Positions 42,806 to 57,198 of a stretch of DNA of 64,000 bases are shown here, one piece after another. A model generated the notes under the pieces. The model was not told the DNA's origin. It made no database searches and saw only the letters and a list, made by a program, of their open reading frames with translations. The translations under genes were made by a program, and so were the position numbers. Source of the DNA: Eledone cirrhosa (taxonomy: Eukaryota); assembly GCA_964016885.1 (NCBI GenBank), contig OZ024747.1, positions 51,584,001 through 51,648,000 of the forward strand, in the 5' to 3' direction. Every line of letters begins with the position of its first letter. Positions within the stretch are counted from its first letter, which is position 1.

Positions 42806-43541
42806 TTAATACCCCCCATATATATATATATATATATGTGGGGCGGTATGTGTTCACATGTATATGTACGCGTATGTGTATTTGTATATGTGTGTATATG
42901 CACATATATATATATATAAATATATATATATACTAGACGTATGCATACACAACCAAAACAAGAAAAAATGCAGTTAGCTTCAATGAGTTCCATTATGGTA
43001 GTTTCCAAGATCAAGAAACAGTATTGCCCATTCTAAAATATTGAGATAATCCATACGGCCTGAACATCTTTTCCTCAGAGGACTTTTGTAAGGAATAAGA
43101 AAAAATATATAGACCTGTTAAGTGAAAGGAGTTCATCCCCACCGAATCAGCATGGTGTAAAATATCACAAACATGCGTAGATCGAATAACAAGGTTAATA
43201 TTTGTATATGCGGATAAAGTGGCAATTATATATTTCCCCTAGAAATAGCAGCCAATCGAAACCGTCGATCAGCTCAACATAAAAGGAATAGCAAATATCA
43301 TACATAAGTAAATTCGCCACCAATATGCATAACATCGCAATGAAAAAAACAAATTTATTTCCGAGAAGTATTAGTGTAAGATGCTTGTGAAGTGTTCTTA
43401 TTTTAAATTGCTTTCCAGGCATCTAAACGTCAGTGATTTGTATAAGATATTCTATTTGTATTTGTTTCTCTGAATTAAATTTATTTTAGCGATCTTTTTT
43501 CATTGAGCTATGCATATTGCTGACAAATTTACTTATGTATG

Positions 43542-43579
<38 letters not shown>

Positions 43580-43971
43580 ATATGGGTGAGAAGAATACTG
43601 CTGGTTGCACATGGATAACATGTTATAAAATGACTCCCTCATCAGTGATTTACCAAACGATCATGGGTATTTCATCGCATTAAAAATCATATATCTCACG
43701 TTGGAGCAATAATAACTAAAATAAGTTATTAGGACAATAGAAATATATATATATATATATATAACGGCGATGAATTAGTTTTGCGAGGTTTTTGATATGA
43801 AATCGTGTGTCGAAACAAATATTGTTATAATTGGGGACCGAATATACATTGAGGACCGAATAAATTAAATTAACCGATATAAAAGACACAGAAGCGAAAA
43901 GCGAAAAACCAACCAAACAGTGAGTGTGTTCTGTTATTAATTCTGGCAATATTACACAAATATGACACTCC

Positions 43972-44016
<45 letters not shown>

Positions 44017-44057
44017 ATATATACATACATATATATGTGTATGATATATATACATAC

Positions 44058-44093
<36 letters not shown>

Positions 44094-44836
44094 GTATGAT
44101 ATACATACTTACATATATATATATATGTATGATATGATGGCTGTCTCCTCGTTATCGATTATGGCCATTGTACGATATACCATTATTAATAATTATTAAT
44201 TAATTCTATAGTGCAATGCCTGTGCGTGAAGATATTTTTTAAAGTGAGGAAAGACTGTGCACTGAGCCAATCCCACTCTCTGAGCGACACTAGCTATAAC
44301 CCGTAAAGAAGAAAAGATCAACATCATCGGTAACTACTGAGCCGCAGATTTTATATCGGAGTTATCCCAGTTTCCTGAGTTGCCTTCTCCTAGAAGTATG
44401 TGTTTATGTATGTGTGTGTGTGTGTGTGTGTGTGCGTGTGCGTGTGTGTGTGTGTGTAACTTGCCAATGGTTACCTGTCTTCGTGGGCGAACTAAATTCA
44501 AACAAAGAGAATATATTTATACTGGATGTATGAAATATATATTTTCTCCTCGTGACAATCTACATCTCCTCGACCTTTCACTGTGATTAAACTGATCAGA
44601 AATTCTACCTGTTATAACTAGAAAAAACTTATATATTCACTCTTCGCATTCAGTTTTCCTTATCAGAAATTTAGAAATTTAGCCATTATAAAATAATATA
44701 TATACATATATATATATATATATAAGTAGTAGAGGTATTTAATTTGTTGGAAGTCCGACAAATGTAAATGTTTATAACTGATTTAGAGCACTCAACAGTT
44801 TACTGTAGTAAATATTCAATGATATATATATATATA

Positions 44837-45030
44837 TAGGAAAAAGTATGACCCCGACGGCAGAGCTCAAGCCTTTTCGACGGCTATTTCTGGAGTCCAG
44901 AATTAGCCGTCGAAACGGCTTGAGCTCTGCTGTCGGGGTCATACATTTTCCTATTTCCCACTCTACTACCCTAAGTATTGAGTACTCTGGTTCGTTATGG
45001 TCCATCTGGTTCCTTACCACAATTCCTTTG

Positions 45031-45033
<3 letters not shown>
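44837..45033. mobile_element. Family P palindrome, copy 4
   Basis: Axis ctgg-agt-ccag at ~44895; aggaaaaagtatgacccc mirrors ggggtcatacattttcct. Confidence 0.9.
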
Positions 45034-45066
<33 letters not shown>

Positions 45067-45200
45067 CGTGGGGCAGAATATCCTTATAAAAGGCATAGAG
45101 AACTAAGCAGAATAATGATCTTACTGAAAGAGTAATATTCCATACACATACACAAGCACATACAAACGCACTCACACATGCACACACACACACACACAAC

Positions 45201-45246
<46 letters not shown>

Positions 45247-45261
45247 TGTATTATTCATATA

Positions 45262-45455
45262 AAGCGGTGGATTGGCAGTATCGGTAGAGGGTCGGACGCC
45301 ATGCTTAGACGCATAGAGTTACGGCCCTTGCCATTCTGAGTTCAAATCCCGCCGAGGTTAAATTTGCCTTTCATCCTTACGGGGTCGATAAAATAAAGTA
45401 CCAGTAATACGCTGGATAATTTCTGGCCTTGTGCCAAAAAGTAGAAACAATTATT
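45262..45455 (+). mobile_element. tRNA-derived SINE, family 1 (best-preserved copy)
   Basis: A and B box-like motifs, body and tail as in the other copies. Confidence 0.88.
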
Positions 45456-45747
45456 CATATGAAGAGAGAGAGACCTGAATACGTATATATGTGTGAGATC
45501 ATATGTATAGTATATGTACGTGTATATGCGTGTTGTGTGTCTAAATTTAAGAATGTGTGTTTGTATATGTACGGAAGTGTGTGTACGTATGTATGTATAT
45601 TGTCCATTAACTCAACCATCACAACATTTAATTATTAATGATTAAACTTGAAAGCTCTTCACACAAAATTAGGAATGAAATGACTTTCCCGGTATTTACG
45701 TACATAAACACACACACACGTAATAATAATAATAATAATAATAATAA

Positions 45748-48700
45748 TTTCATTTATTGGCCACAAGGGCCGACATATAGGGGACAATACAAAAGACAAT
45801 GTGTTTTTTTTACAGAAAAATCGAGTAAACACTATCAATAACAATAACAAAGTAACAAGAAAAATACAACAAGAAAAATTCCCCAATAGAGGGGGGGGTG
45901 ACCACCCAGGGTTCGCTCAGGTACCCCATCAATCCTGAACACCCGACGCCTCGAGAGCACCCTGGAAGGGCAGCCATCTCCCCCTCAAATTTACCCACCT
46001 ACAGGCGCTTGACCAGAGTAGGCCCACTCACACTGGCCATTCTCGCCACATTCACCCACCTTTCAGCAAATATACTGCGGGGGGGGGGGCAGCGCTTCTC
46101 TCTCCACCCTCACCTTCCTTTCCAAGTGAAACTTGAAAAAGTTGATGAGGGATTGGCCGAAGAGAAAAGTGTCTGTCTTCAGTCCTTTCAACCTCGTCCA
46201 CCATACAACCTCTTTCGCTACTGCCACCAGACAGAGGAAAATTGCCTGCCCTTCCTGGCCAAAAGAAGGCGGCGGGTCGATCTTCACTATGGACTCGGCC
46301 GATAGCCGAATCCGTTCTACACGCGACAACAACTGTTCGACATAATTCCACAAGTCAGTAATGCACGGACACTGGACGAGTACGTGCAGAACGATTTCGT
46401 CGCTCTGCGCGCATCTCGGTCAGGTACGTCTGACAGCACTTCCGTGCCTGTAGAGTTTATCTCGAACCGGCTGTGCCCCCGGTAGCACTGCCAATCGAGG
46501 GATTTTTGGTAATTATCCATCGTCCCCGGCTCGAAAGTCCTCCGGAACAGACTGGTTAGTTCGACTTCGTTGACTCCCAGAACCTCTCCGAGTGCGTCGT
46601 CGCACTTGCCCCCCACTAATCCTCTATAGAACTCGAGAGTGGAAGTTCCACTGACAGCATTGCCTGCCTGGTAGAGGGCAGTGAGTGCCTGGCAACATTC
46701 CAGATGCCAGTCACCCAGTCTTGATCTCTTCTTGACGCAGGACTGCAGCTCAGTCAAAGAGACGAGCTTGCGGAAAGGCCCGTCTGACAAACGGCGACCA
46801 CACCTGTTTACCGTTTAGGCAGAATATCTGGAGATGCCGCAGCCTCAGTGGAGGGTTCTGGCAGCAGATGGACCGCCTCACCAACGGAACCTGAACCCTC
46901 GACAAGAATTTGAAGAGGAGCCGCTCCAAGTTGGCGAGACGTGAACGGGGGCAAGAGACGACGGTCAGGCGGTAGTAGATGACGGACGCGATGTACGCGT
47001 TCTCCACCTCCGCCCGACCTTTCAGTGATAGCTTCCTCGCAGCCCATTTCTGGGTGAGACTGGCTACCCTGCCCGTCACCCCGTCCCAATTCTTAACCAC
47101 CTGTAGGTCTGGCCCCTATACCAAACCCCGAGCAACTTTATCGGTCCGTCCGTCCAACACCCAACGACGATGGACTTGCTCCCCCAGGTGCCGAACTGTA
47201 AGCCCACCGACTTTCCTGGATTAAGTTTTGCTCCCGTCAACCTTTCATATTCCTCCAATAAGTTGCCGACCACCTCGATTTATGAGGTGTCCGACACCAT
47301 CACGGTGATGTCCGCATAAGCTGACACAGACTTTCCGCGTCCTGGTTTCAGTGGGATGCCCGGCAACAGCTCTAGCTTCCGCAGTAAAGGCTCGCGAGTA
47401 CGTACAGAAGGGAGGAGAGAGGACACCCCTAGTGGACTGATCGGGAGATCTGAAACGGTTCTGAGAGGTGGCCATTAACTTTGACCAATGAGCATTGCAG
47501 CGATCCAGCTTCTGAAGACGGGGCCGAGCCAGCCGCCTTGAGGACAGCCTCCAGGTACCGATGGTCGTCCCTATCGAATGCTTTCGATTGATCTAAATTG
47601 ATCAGAGCCCCACCAAAGCCAGGTTTACACCCTAACCTCTCTATTATGTATCGCATCAGGTGGAGGTTATCGAGTATGGACCTGGTTGGGATTGCGCAAG
47701 GTTGCGCCTCCCCAACCAAATCTCCGACAACAAGCGCCATCCTCTTCGCTAACACCTTTGCCAAACTTAAACTCTGTGTTGAGCAGAGTTATGGGCCTGA
47801 AATTGTCTTAAACAGCACCGATATGGTGCCGTATTATTGACCCCTCGCTACGTACTCAGTATCTCCTCTGGTTCACATCAGCGCAGCCTCGACGTCTGCT
47901 TGGGGAGAGTTTGTGGCTCTTTTCGTCTCAGGTGAGATGCATCTGACGAACTGAGTTCTCTTCTCCACCGCTTCTATGGCCTCTGTCGGGACAGTTAAGT
48001 TGGCCCAGATTTGCTCCTGTTTGATGAGCTTCCATGCCTGGGCCAACTTTTCTTGGCTGCCGCCGCAGCGAAAGTGTTCTTGTTGTTGTCGTTGGTGCTG
48101 TTGTTGTTGTTGTTGTTGTTGTTTCTGTTGGTGTTGCTGCTGTTATAACTGTTGCAGGCGGCGATATCTTTGGTGCTGCCGCTCTCGGTGCAGTTGGTAT
48201 TGCTGTTGCTGGTGCTGTCGCTGCTTATGTTCTGGCTTGTGGTGTTAATTTCGCTATTGTTTTCGTTGATATTGTAGATGCTGCTATTGTGATTGTTGTT
48301 GTTGCTGTTGTTGTGGTTGTCACTGTTGTTGATATTGTTGTCTTTGTTGTTGTCATTATTGCAGTTGTCGTTGATTTTCCTGTCGTTGTTGCTGGTGCTG
48401 TTGTCGTTCTTGTTCACGACTGTTTTTGTGTTTTTTTTACTGTTTTTGTTAATGTCGCTGTTGCTGCTGTTGTCATTTTTGTTCTCACTGTTGTTGGTGC
48501 TGGTGTTGGCGATATTGCCTGATGTGGTGTTACATTTTAAAATTGTTGCGGGAAGGGCAGCCTTATTAGCCTCAAAGTCTGACTCACTGTCGCAAGACAG
48601 CAAACTCGAAGTTGGGGGACGTGGTTCCGCCAGGTTTTTTTTATAAACACTTTTTCTTTTTAAACAAACAAAGTTTAAATATTTGGGCCAAAAAGCCCAA

Positions 48701-48850
48701 ATAATATGGGGAGTCCTTTCTCGAGGGCGAAGACTAAAGTCTTATTTCCCGTTTGAAACAAAAATATTAATGACAAACGTATTTCAAACCGTAGAAAAAA
48801 AACAAAAACTTACGAGCTCACGATAGTACGTCCATTCGCTTCAACGACCA
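45748..48850 (-). mobile_element. L1/Tx1-clade LINE, decayed, with large internal deletions
   Basis: RT motifs AKVLAKRM...Q.CAIPTRSILDNLHLMR...LINLDQSKAFDR; RKLSLKGRAEV.NAYIAS.IYYRL; C-terminal WV.VARMA. AATAAA and (TTA)n at the 3' end. Putative low-complexity ORF1 and 5' UTR at 47850-48850 (less certain). Confidence 0.85.
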
Positions 48851-48966
48851 ATAATAATAATGATGATGATGATAAAAATAAAATTAGGAAAATTAACAAA
48901 GAGAGGACAACAATAAAGATACTTACGCCATCGAGATGGACATTGGCAGTTTCGACCCCTACTATG

Positions 48967-49008
<42 letters not shown>

Positions 49009-49349
49009 AGGATATTCTGCCCTTCTGTTATGCAAATGATGTGAGAAAAAAGATTTTCTCATTTGCTATCGAAACTGTAAAAGTGTAACCGTTGGACCGT
49101 GGGGCAGAATATCCTTATAAAGTGTACACTCGATTTTTCGTAAGCATAGAGAACTAGGCAGAATAATGATTTGACTGAATAATATTCCATATACATACAC
49201 ACGTACTCACATACACATACACACACATATATATTTAAAGACACACTCACCTACATATACGTATGTGTGTTGTTATTAATTAATAATGAACCAAAACATT
49301 GTTTTAATGTAATTAGAAACCTAATGTAAGGTATTTCATTATATATACG

Positions 49350-49417
<68 letters not shown>

Positions 49418-49949
49418 GTACTGATTGTGTTGTTATTTCTGTTTACCTTTTACACACACACACATATATATATATTTAAACATTTATACACACAAACACA
49501 AACACATGTTGTCATGAAATCAGTTTTAGATTTGCCTTTAGGCAAGGAATTTAATGATACTCAACTATTTCTGAAGGAGTATCTGTGTGTGTGTGTGTGT
49601 TTGCTTGTGTGGATATATATCGTCAATATTATCAACCTATAGAAAAGCCCGGACAAAATGGGAGAACGCTCTCTGGAGTGCAGAACTCCAGGCGCTGTCC
49701 TACTCATGGTTTCAGCGGGCAGGAGGGAGAATGCTTTACCTCGGAGGATATCGTATAGTGTGCATTAAAATACCCTTTCATATATACTTGAAATATTGCC
49801 CTGTCGTGTAACAATAGGTTTTGTTTTATTAAGCTTCACATTGAAAATAAAATTTCATGTATATTAAAATAAGTTAAGCAATTCCTGCCCGCTTAATCCC
49901 TGTAAATACATGGATCTACATGCAGTGTATATTTTTCTTGCCTATACAT

Positions 49950-52140
49950 ATCTCTTTGAAAGTAAAATATGTTCAGAGACTGACGTTTGCTCTCCATGTC
50001 TACGCCACAAAATTATTTTTGGTTTAAACCTGCTTCTAAAAGAAAAAAAAGACATACATTCTGAAGCCTACTTCATAAAAGAAAAACGTTTTCACAGATC
50101 GAAGACTACTTCTCCATGAAAAATATCACCATAGATTAAAGGCAAACAATTTGTACCCTCTGACTTCTGCTTTAAACAGATATCTAATTTCACAAGCCGA
50201 AATTTACCCCATAAAATATGAGGCCAACATCTGATTTTCTAAATAAAAATGTTTATGCGGCCAAAACCAGGGAAAGATTTTAACAGGCTGCTGCTCAAAG
50301 GAAAATGTCTCACATTTGAAAGTCTGCTTTTCACGGCAACAGACGTTTGATTTTTTAAAGCTAGTTTAGCGAAGCAAAATTTCATACATCTAAAGCCGAC
50401 TCCAATCAGGAAATAATATAGATTGAGGCCTGTTTCTAAAGAGAAAACGATATTCATTGTATGAAGTATCTTTTTTTCTCTAAACCACACACTTTATTAG
50501 GAAAACATTTTCAAACTTTTTAAACTAAAATATGAACATTAGTGACTAAACAATGTTTGTCAAAGAAAAACATTTAAAGTCCTAAATCACAATTTTTATA
50601 GGAAAATCGAATTAAAAAAAATATAAAAAAACATTTTCGGAGCCACTTTTCTTAGGTAAATATTTTCAATGTCTAATTCCCATTTTTAAACGAAAAATAT
50701 CTACAGGCTAAACAATGTTTGTCAAAGAATATATTTTGAAAGCTTAAATCACACATTTTTAATATTAAACAAATTTCAATATCTAAATAACTCTTTTTAT
50801 AGGGAAATATTTTCAAAGCGTAAACTGCAATTTTGAAAAGTAAAAATGTTCAAAGACTAAATATTATATTTGAGGAAATAATTCTCAAAGTACAAATGTC
50901 ACTTTTTATTGGAAATATTTCTTACTGGCTAAACAATTTTTGACAAAGAAAGACATTTCAAAGCCCATATCTTACTCTTTAGATATCTCAAATAATACAT
51001 TTTAATATAAAAAAATTAAATGCCCAAACGCTAACTGTTATAGTAAAAGTAACATATTTTATGGGAACACATTGTGAAAGTAATAAATCTTATATTTTTA
51101 TATGAAAAGGTTTCCAAATCCTAAATAATACTTTTTATGGGAAGAGATTTTTAACCACTCAATTGAACTGTTTTTAATAAGAAAAAGATTTCAAAGTTTA
51201 AATTCTACGTTTTAAAAGAAAATCCTTATACATCCAAACAAAGTTTTTTAACGAAATCAAATGTAAAAATATTTCAGTGCCTGAATTGCACGATTTATAT
51301 GAAAAAAAAGAATGAAAGCAATTTTTAGGGAAAATAATTTTTCAAGGGCTAAACGACATTAAAAAGTTGGAAGCTAAACCATTTTTGACTGAGAAAATAT
51401 TTTCCAACCATATCTCACTTTCTAAATTTAACATTATAAAAATCCTAAATTATATCTCATGTAGGAAAAAACTTTTAAAACCTAAATCAGATACTCTTTG
51501 GAATATTTCTGAAGGTCTAAATCTAACTTTTTAAAGAAAGAAATTACAAAGCTTATAGAAAATTGTCAAAGCCTAAATAATGCTTTTCAAAGGAAACTTT
51601 TTCAATACTTAATACAGACATTTTAAATGAAGAATTTCTTACAGGCAAAAGAAAGTTTGTGAAAGAAAAAAAATCCGTCTAAATCTCATTTTTTTAGGAA
51701 ATCATTTTTAAAGCATAGATCTCAATTTTTATGAAAATACATTTTTTCCATGCTAAACAACATTTGACAGAGATAATCTTTCAAATCATATATCTCACTT
51801 TCTATAGGTAAATATTTTCAGAGCCCAAATATGGCATATTACATAAACTTAAAGACTTTTAAACCAAGAAAAACAATTTCAAAGCTTAAATCCCACGCGT
51901 TGAATGCCTAAATCAAAAAAAAAATGTTTTACTCGATAAATGATTTTTTTTTTTTTTCATAGGAATTTTTTTTACAGGTTAAACAAAGAAAACCACCTGA
52001 ATACTCAAATGTCACCTTTTTATATTTGTTTTGGAGCCCGAATCTTACGTTTTACAGGTAGAAATTGTTTAATGCCAAACCAAACTTATATCGGAAAAAA
52101 TCAAAAGCCTAAATCACATTTTCTGAGGAATGTTTTCAAG
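49950..52140. repeat. Highly diverged ~40-bp A/T-rich tandem array
   Basis: Recurring gaaaa.attttcaaagcctaaat.(c)aca.tttt.tag. Confidence 0.7.
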
Positions 52141-52169
52141 GCTCCAATCATAAACACGAATACCACAGC

Positions 52170-52384
52170 ATAAACTACAACTACTACTACTGCTACTACT
52201 ACAAATATGCTAGCTGCTGCTACTACTACTACTACTACTACTACAACTACTGCTATTACTATTAATATGTTAGCTTCTGCTACTCCTGCTGCTGCTACTA
52301 CTACTACTAGTACTACTACTACTACTACTACTACTATTACTATTAATATGTTAGCTGCTGCTGCTACACCTGCTGCTGCTGCTG

Positions 52385-52441
<57 letters not shown>

Positions 52442-54319
52442 TTCTCCCCCCTCTACATCAATACCTACCTCTGCAGTGTCTTTCCAGCAATATTTGACTC
52501 ACTCCTCATTAATTGCTTTCTCTCTGTCTCCCTCTCTCTCCCCTTCTCCCTCTCTCTCTTTTTCTATCTCTCTCCCTCTTTCTTTTTACATCTCTTTCCC
52601 CCTCTCTCTCTCTTCAACCCTCTCTATCTCTATTTCTCTCTTTACCAACATTGTTACAACTGACTCATTAAATTTTATTGATGCCACTGAGTGTTATGAT
52701 GATGATGATGATCATCATCATCATCATCATCATTATCATCATCATCATCATGGTGGTGTGGTGGTGTTGGCGGCGGTTGCGGTGGTGGCGGCGGTGGCGG
52801 CGGTGGCGGTGTTGATGAATGATGGTGGTGATGATGGTGATGGTGGTGATGATCGTGGTGGTGGTGGTGGTGGTGGTGGTGGTGTTGATGATGGTGGTGG
52901 TGCTGGTGGTAATGATGGTGGTGGTGGTGGTGTCAATGATGATGGTGGTGGTGGTGGTGGTGATGGTGGTGGTGGTGGTGATGATGATGATGATAATGAT
53001 GATGATGATGATGATGATGATGATGGGGATAATTTGGGGATTTGAACTTAGAGCACATATAGAACGAGAACCGTAAAGCATTCTATCTGACATTCTAACG
53101 ATTCTGCCAATTAGACGCCATGTTAAATACGACACAGACTTCTATCTCATTAAATGATTCATAAAAGCCATACCTTTAATGGCTACTTCTCTTAGATTTG
53201 TAGGATTAAAAGAAGGTTCAACATTAGTCTTCATGAAAATTGCAATAGAGGGAGCTAAGGATCACTCAGTGACTATTATGAAGAGATGAAAGGAAGAATT
53301 CTGGTGCCTTTTGGTAGTTGTTACAATCTATTTCAGCTCGGTTTCGCCTAATCCTATTAAACTGCATGTCATGATGATGATGATGATGATGATGAGAGGG
53401 ATATTGATGATGGTGGTGATTATGCTGATGGTGATGATGCTGGTGTTGGTGGTGTTGGTGGTGCTGGTGGTGTTGGTGGTGCTGGTGGTGAGGGTGGTGG
53501 TGGTGGTGGTGATGATATTGGTGGTGGTGGTGGTGGTGGTATTTGTGGTGCTGGTGGTGTTGGTGGTGAGGGTGGTGGCGGTGGTGGTGGTATTTGTGGT
53601 GCTGGTGGTGTTGGTGGTGCTGGTGGTGAGGGTGGTGGCGGCGGTGGTGGTGGTGGTGGTGATGAAATTGGTGCTGCTGGTGGTGTTGGTGGTGGTGGTG
53701 GTGGTGGTGGTGGTGGTGGTGGTATTTGTGGTGCTGGTGGTGTTGGTGGTGCTGGTGGTGAGGGTGGTGGTGGTGGTGGTGATGATATTGGTGGTGCTGG
53801 TGGTGTTGGTTGTGGTGTTGGTGGTAGTGGTGGTGGTGGTATTGGTGGTGCTGGTGGTGAGGGTGGTGGTGGTGCTGGTGGTGCTGGTGCTGGGGGTGGT
53901 GTGGTGGTGAGGGTCGTGTTGGTGGTGTTGGTGGTGCTGATGGTGTTGGTGGTGTTGGTTGTGATGGTGGTGCTGGTGGTTTTTTATGCTGATGGTGATG
54001 ATGGTGTTGGTGGTGTTGGTGGTGCTGATGCTGTTGGTGCTGCTGGGGGTGGTGATGGTGGTGAGAGTGGTGGTGGTGATGCTGCTGCTGCTGGGGAGGG
54101 ATGCTTATAGTGGTGGTGATGCTGGTGATGATGCTGAGAGTGCTGGTGGTGCTAGTAGTATTAGTCGTGCAGGGGTTAGTGGTAGTGCTGCTGGTGGTAT
54201 TGAGGATACTGGTAGAGTTAGTGATGCGGGTGGTGTTTGTAGTATTGGTAGTGCTGCTGGTGTTGGCGGTGCTGTTGGTGCAAGTAGTTCCGACGTAGTA
54301 GTAGTAGTAGTATTAGTAA

Positions 54320-54355
<36 letters not shown>

Positions 54356-54730
54356 TAGTAGTAGTAGTATTAGTAGTAGTTGATGACGATGACTATGGTG
54401 ATGATGATGATGATGATGATGATGATTGCGATTATGATGATGATGGCGACGATGATGATTACGACGATGATGGCGATGATGATGCTGATGATTACGATGA
54501 TGATGACGATGATGATGGCGATGATGATGATGATGGTGAGGAGGAGGAGGAGGAGGAGGGGGGGGGGGGGGGGGGGGGGGGGGAGGAAGAAGGAAGTGAA
54601 TGTTGATGATGACATTACTGATATGTTGCAGTTTGCCTTTGCTGTTGTTGGTTGTTGTTATTGATGCTACTGCTGCTGATGGTGATGACAGTTACTGCTG
54701 TTGCTGCTGCTGCTGCTGCTGCTGTTGCCG
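52170..54730. repeat. Mosaic of trinucleotide repeats (CTA, CAT, GAT, GGT, GTA, GCT)
   Basis: Directly visible. Confidence 0.9.
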
Positions 54731-54951
54731 CCAGTTATTGGTCGATCTAAATATCGTCCGTCTCTCCACTAGGAGGTCATTCGGCCAAATTAGTGCTGAT
54801 TCTTTTAATTCTAAATAAAGAAATGAAACCAAAAATGGTCTGGAAATAATATAATGGATTCTTCCTTTTGGAATCATTTTGAAAATATATCAAATTGCAT
54901 CTCTAAGCTTACTCACTCACACACCTACCTACACACACTTACACACGACAC

Positions 54952-55163
54952 ACATATAGTTACTGTATATATAAACACACAATGGCGCTCATACATATAG
55001 TTACTGTATACATAAACACACAATGGCGCTCATACATATAGTTACTGTATACATAAACACACAATGGCGCTCACACATATAGTTACTGTATACATAAACA
55101 CACAATGGCGCTCACACATATAGTTACTGTATACATAAACACACAATGGCGTTCATACATATA
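54952..55163. repeat. 41-bp minisatellite, ~5 copies
   Basis: tactgta recurs at 54961, 55002, 55043, 55084 and 55125. Confidence 0.95.
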
Positions 55164-55412
55164 CTTACATGTAAATACACTTACTCATACGCACACATAT
55201 AAACAGATAAATGCATACTTGTACAATTACCTACTTATGTCATTAAACATACACAAAACTAGGTATATATATGTACATATAAGGATATACATATATTTAT
55301 ATACGCATGTATGAATGTGTATGTGTATGTAGACATTAAAATAATTATATCTATAAATGCGCAGACATATTAGCTAAAATAAATGCGTGTACATATCGAA
55401 ATATCTGTTTAT

Positions 55413-55463
<51 letters not shown>

Positions 55464-55486
55464 CATACACACACACACGCATATAT

Positions 55487-55557
<71 letters not shown>

Positions 55558-56031
55558 TTATACATGCACATACACATGTACATACACGTGCAAACATATA
55601 CACATACACATAGTTCAACATACACATACATACATATCTACACTCATATAATTTGCTATTTATTACCTTTCTGAATCCGGCGATGTTCATGGAAATGTTG
55701 TTGTTGTCTTTATTATTGTTGCTACTGTTTAGGTATGTATTATTGTTGTTGTTGTTGTTGTTGTTGTTGCTGTTGTAGACGCCCGTTGTCTTTGTTGCTG
55801 TTGTTGTTGTTGTTGCCATTTATCTTTCGTATTTCTTCTCGTCTTTTTCTTTAATTTCCGCCTGTTCCCAATCGTCTGCGCGATGGGGGTAAGTGTGTTC
55901 AGCGCAGATCTGATTCCCCACACCACCACCACCACCACCATCCACCATCACCACCATTAATACTATCAGTACCAACCCCACACCAACATCACCATCCTCA
56001 CTATCACCACTATCATCGCCACCACCAGCGA

Positions 56032-56086
<55 letters not shown>

Positions 56087-56186
56087 GACAACAACAGTAA
56101 TACATTAGATACTCATTATCTAAGTTAGTTTACTTTATGTTTACACACATATCGATATATGTGCATATATACATGTGTGTGTATAT

Positions 56187-56251
<65 letters not shown>

Positions 56252-56327
56252 TTATTACGGGTTGAATGGGGGGTAACAACAGTAAGTAAGGTACTCAATA
56301 TACATAGCAGGGTATAAATGTTTTAAT

Positions 56328-56442
56328 ATAAGAAAGCTTCTACAGGGCTAGAACTATTTAATTCATGAGAAATAATCAGCAGCTTCCTGATGATTTCTCA
56401 TAAATGAAACATTTCTAGTCCTGTAGAAGCTTTTCTATATTA
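56328..56442. mobile_element. Small palindrome with a hammerhead-like core; tail fragment also at 40147-40190
   Basis: gaaagcttctacagggctagaa...atcag | CTGATGA-tttctcataaat-GAAA-catttc-tagtcctgtagaagcttttc. Confidence 0.55.
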
Positions 56443-56535
<93 letters not shown>

Positions 56536-56539
<4 letters not shown>

Positions 56540-56734
56540 AACCAGTAAGACCCCGACAGCTGAGCTCAAGGGCTAATTCTGGACTCCAGAATTCTGGAGT
56601 CCAGAATTAGCCGTCGAAACGGCTTGAGCTCAGCTGTCGGGGTCTTACTGGTTCCTATTACCCACTCTACTACCTCAAGTATTGAGTACTTTGGTGCGTT
56701 ATGGTCCACCTGGTTCCTTACCACATTTCCTTCG

Positions 56735-56737
<3 letters not shown>
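56536..56737. mobile_element. Family P palindrome, copy 5 (stem II loop present twice, in opposite orientations)
   Basis: Centre ctaattctgg-act-ccagaattctgg-agt-ccagaattag. Confidence 0.9.
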
Positions 56738-56793
<56 letters not shown>

Positions 56794-56816
56794 ACGCAGT
56801 ATTCTTCTTTCTTCTC

Positions 56817-56851
<35 letters not shown>

Positions 56852-56853
<2 letters not shown>

Positions 56854-57019
56854 TAGAAAACGTCAGGCGCCGACAGCTGAGCTCTTGCCGCTTCGACATC
56901 TAATTCCAGCAAGAGCTCAGCTGTCGAGCCCCGACATTTTCTAATATAGTGCCATTCTACTATCCCAAGTATCGAGTACTCTCTCCCACAATGGCCTTAC
57001 TAGTTTAATACTGGTTTAA

Positions 57020-57024
<5 letters not shown>
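56852..57024. mobile_element. Family P palindrome, diverged copy 6
   Basis: agaaaacgtcaggcgccgacagctgagctcttgc mirrors gcaagagctcagctgtcgagccccgacattttct; tail cattctactatcccaagtatcgagtactct. Confidence 0.75.
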
Positions 57025-57096
<72 letters not shown>

Positions 57097-57137
57097 ATAT
57101 TAAATAAATGGAAACTATATTTATAAAACCATATTTA

Positions 57138-57198
57138 TTTCATTATATATATTTCAAGGGTAACCAAGACAACATTGGTACGCTTTCATCAGATAAAA
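57138..57198 (-). ncRNA. Hammerhead motif of the same family as the 20.5-kb palindrome
   Basis: Minus strand: ttttat-CTGATGA-AAGCGTACCAA-tgttgtc-TTGGTTACCCTT-GAAA-TATATA-TA-atgaaa. Confidence 0.75.

Noticed and set aside
43215-43546. Inverted repeat (43295-43348 / 43495-43546) with a possible minus-strand hammerhead
   Set aside because: The inverted repeat is real but short; the core (CTGATCGA) and stems are too degenerate to call.
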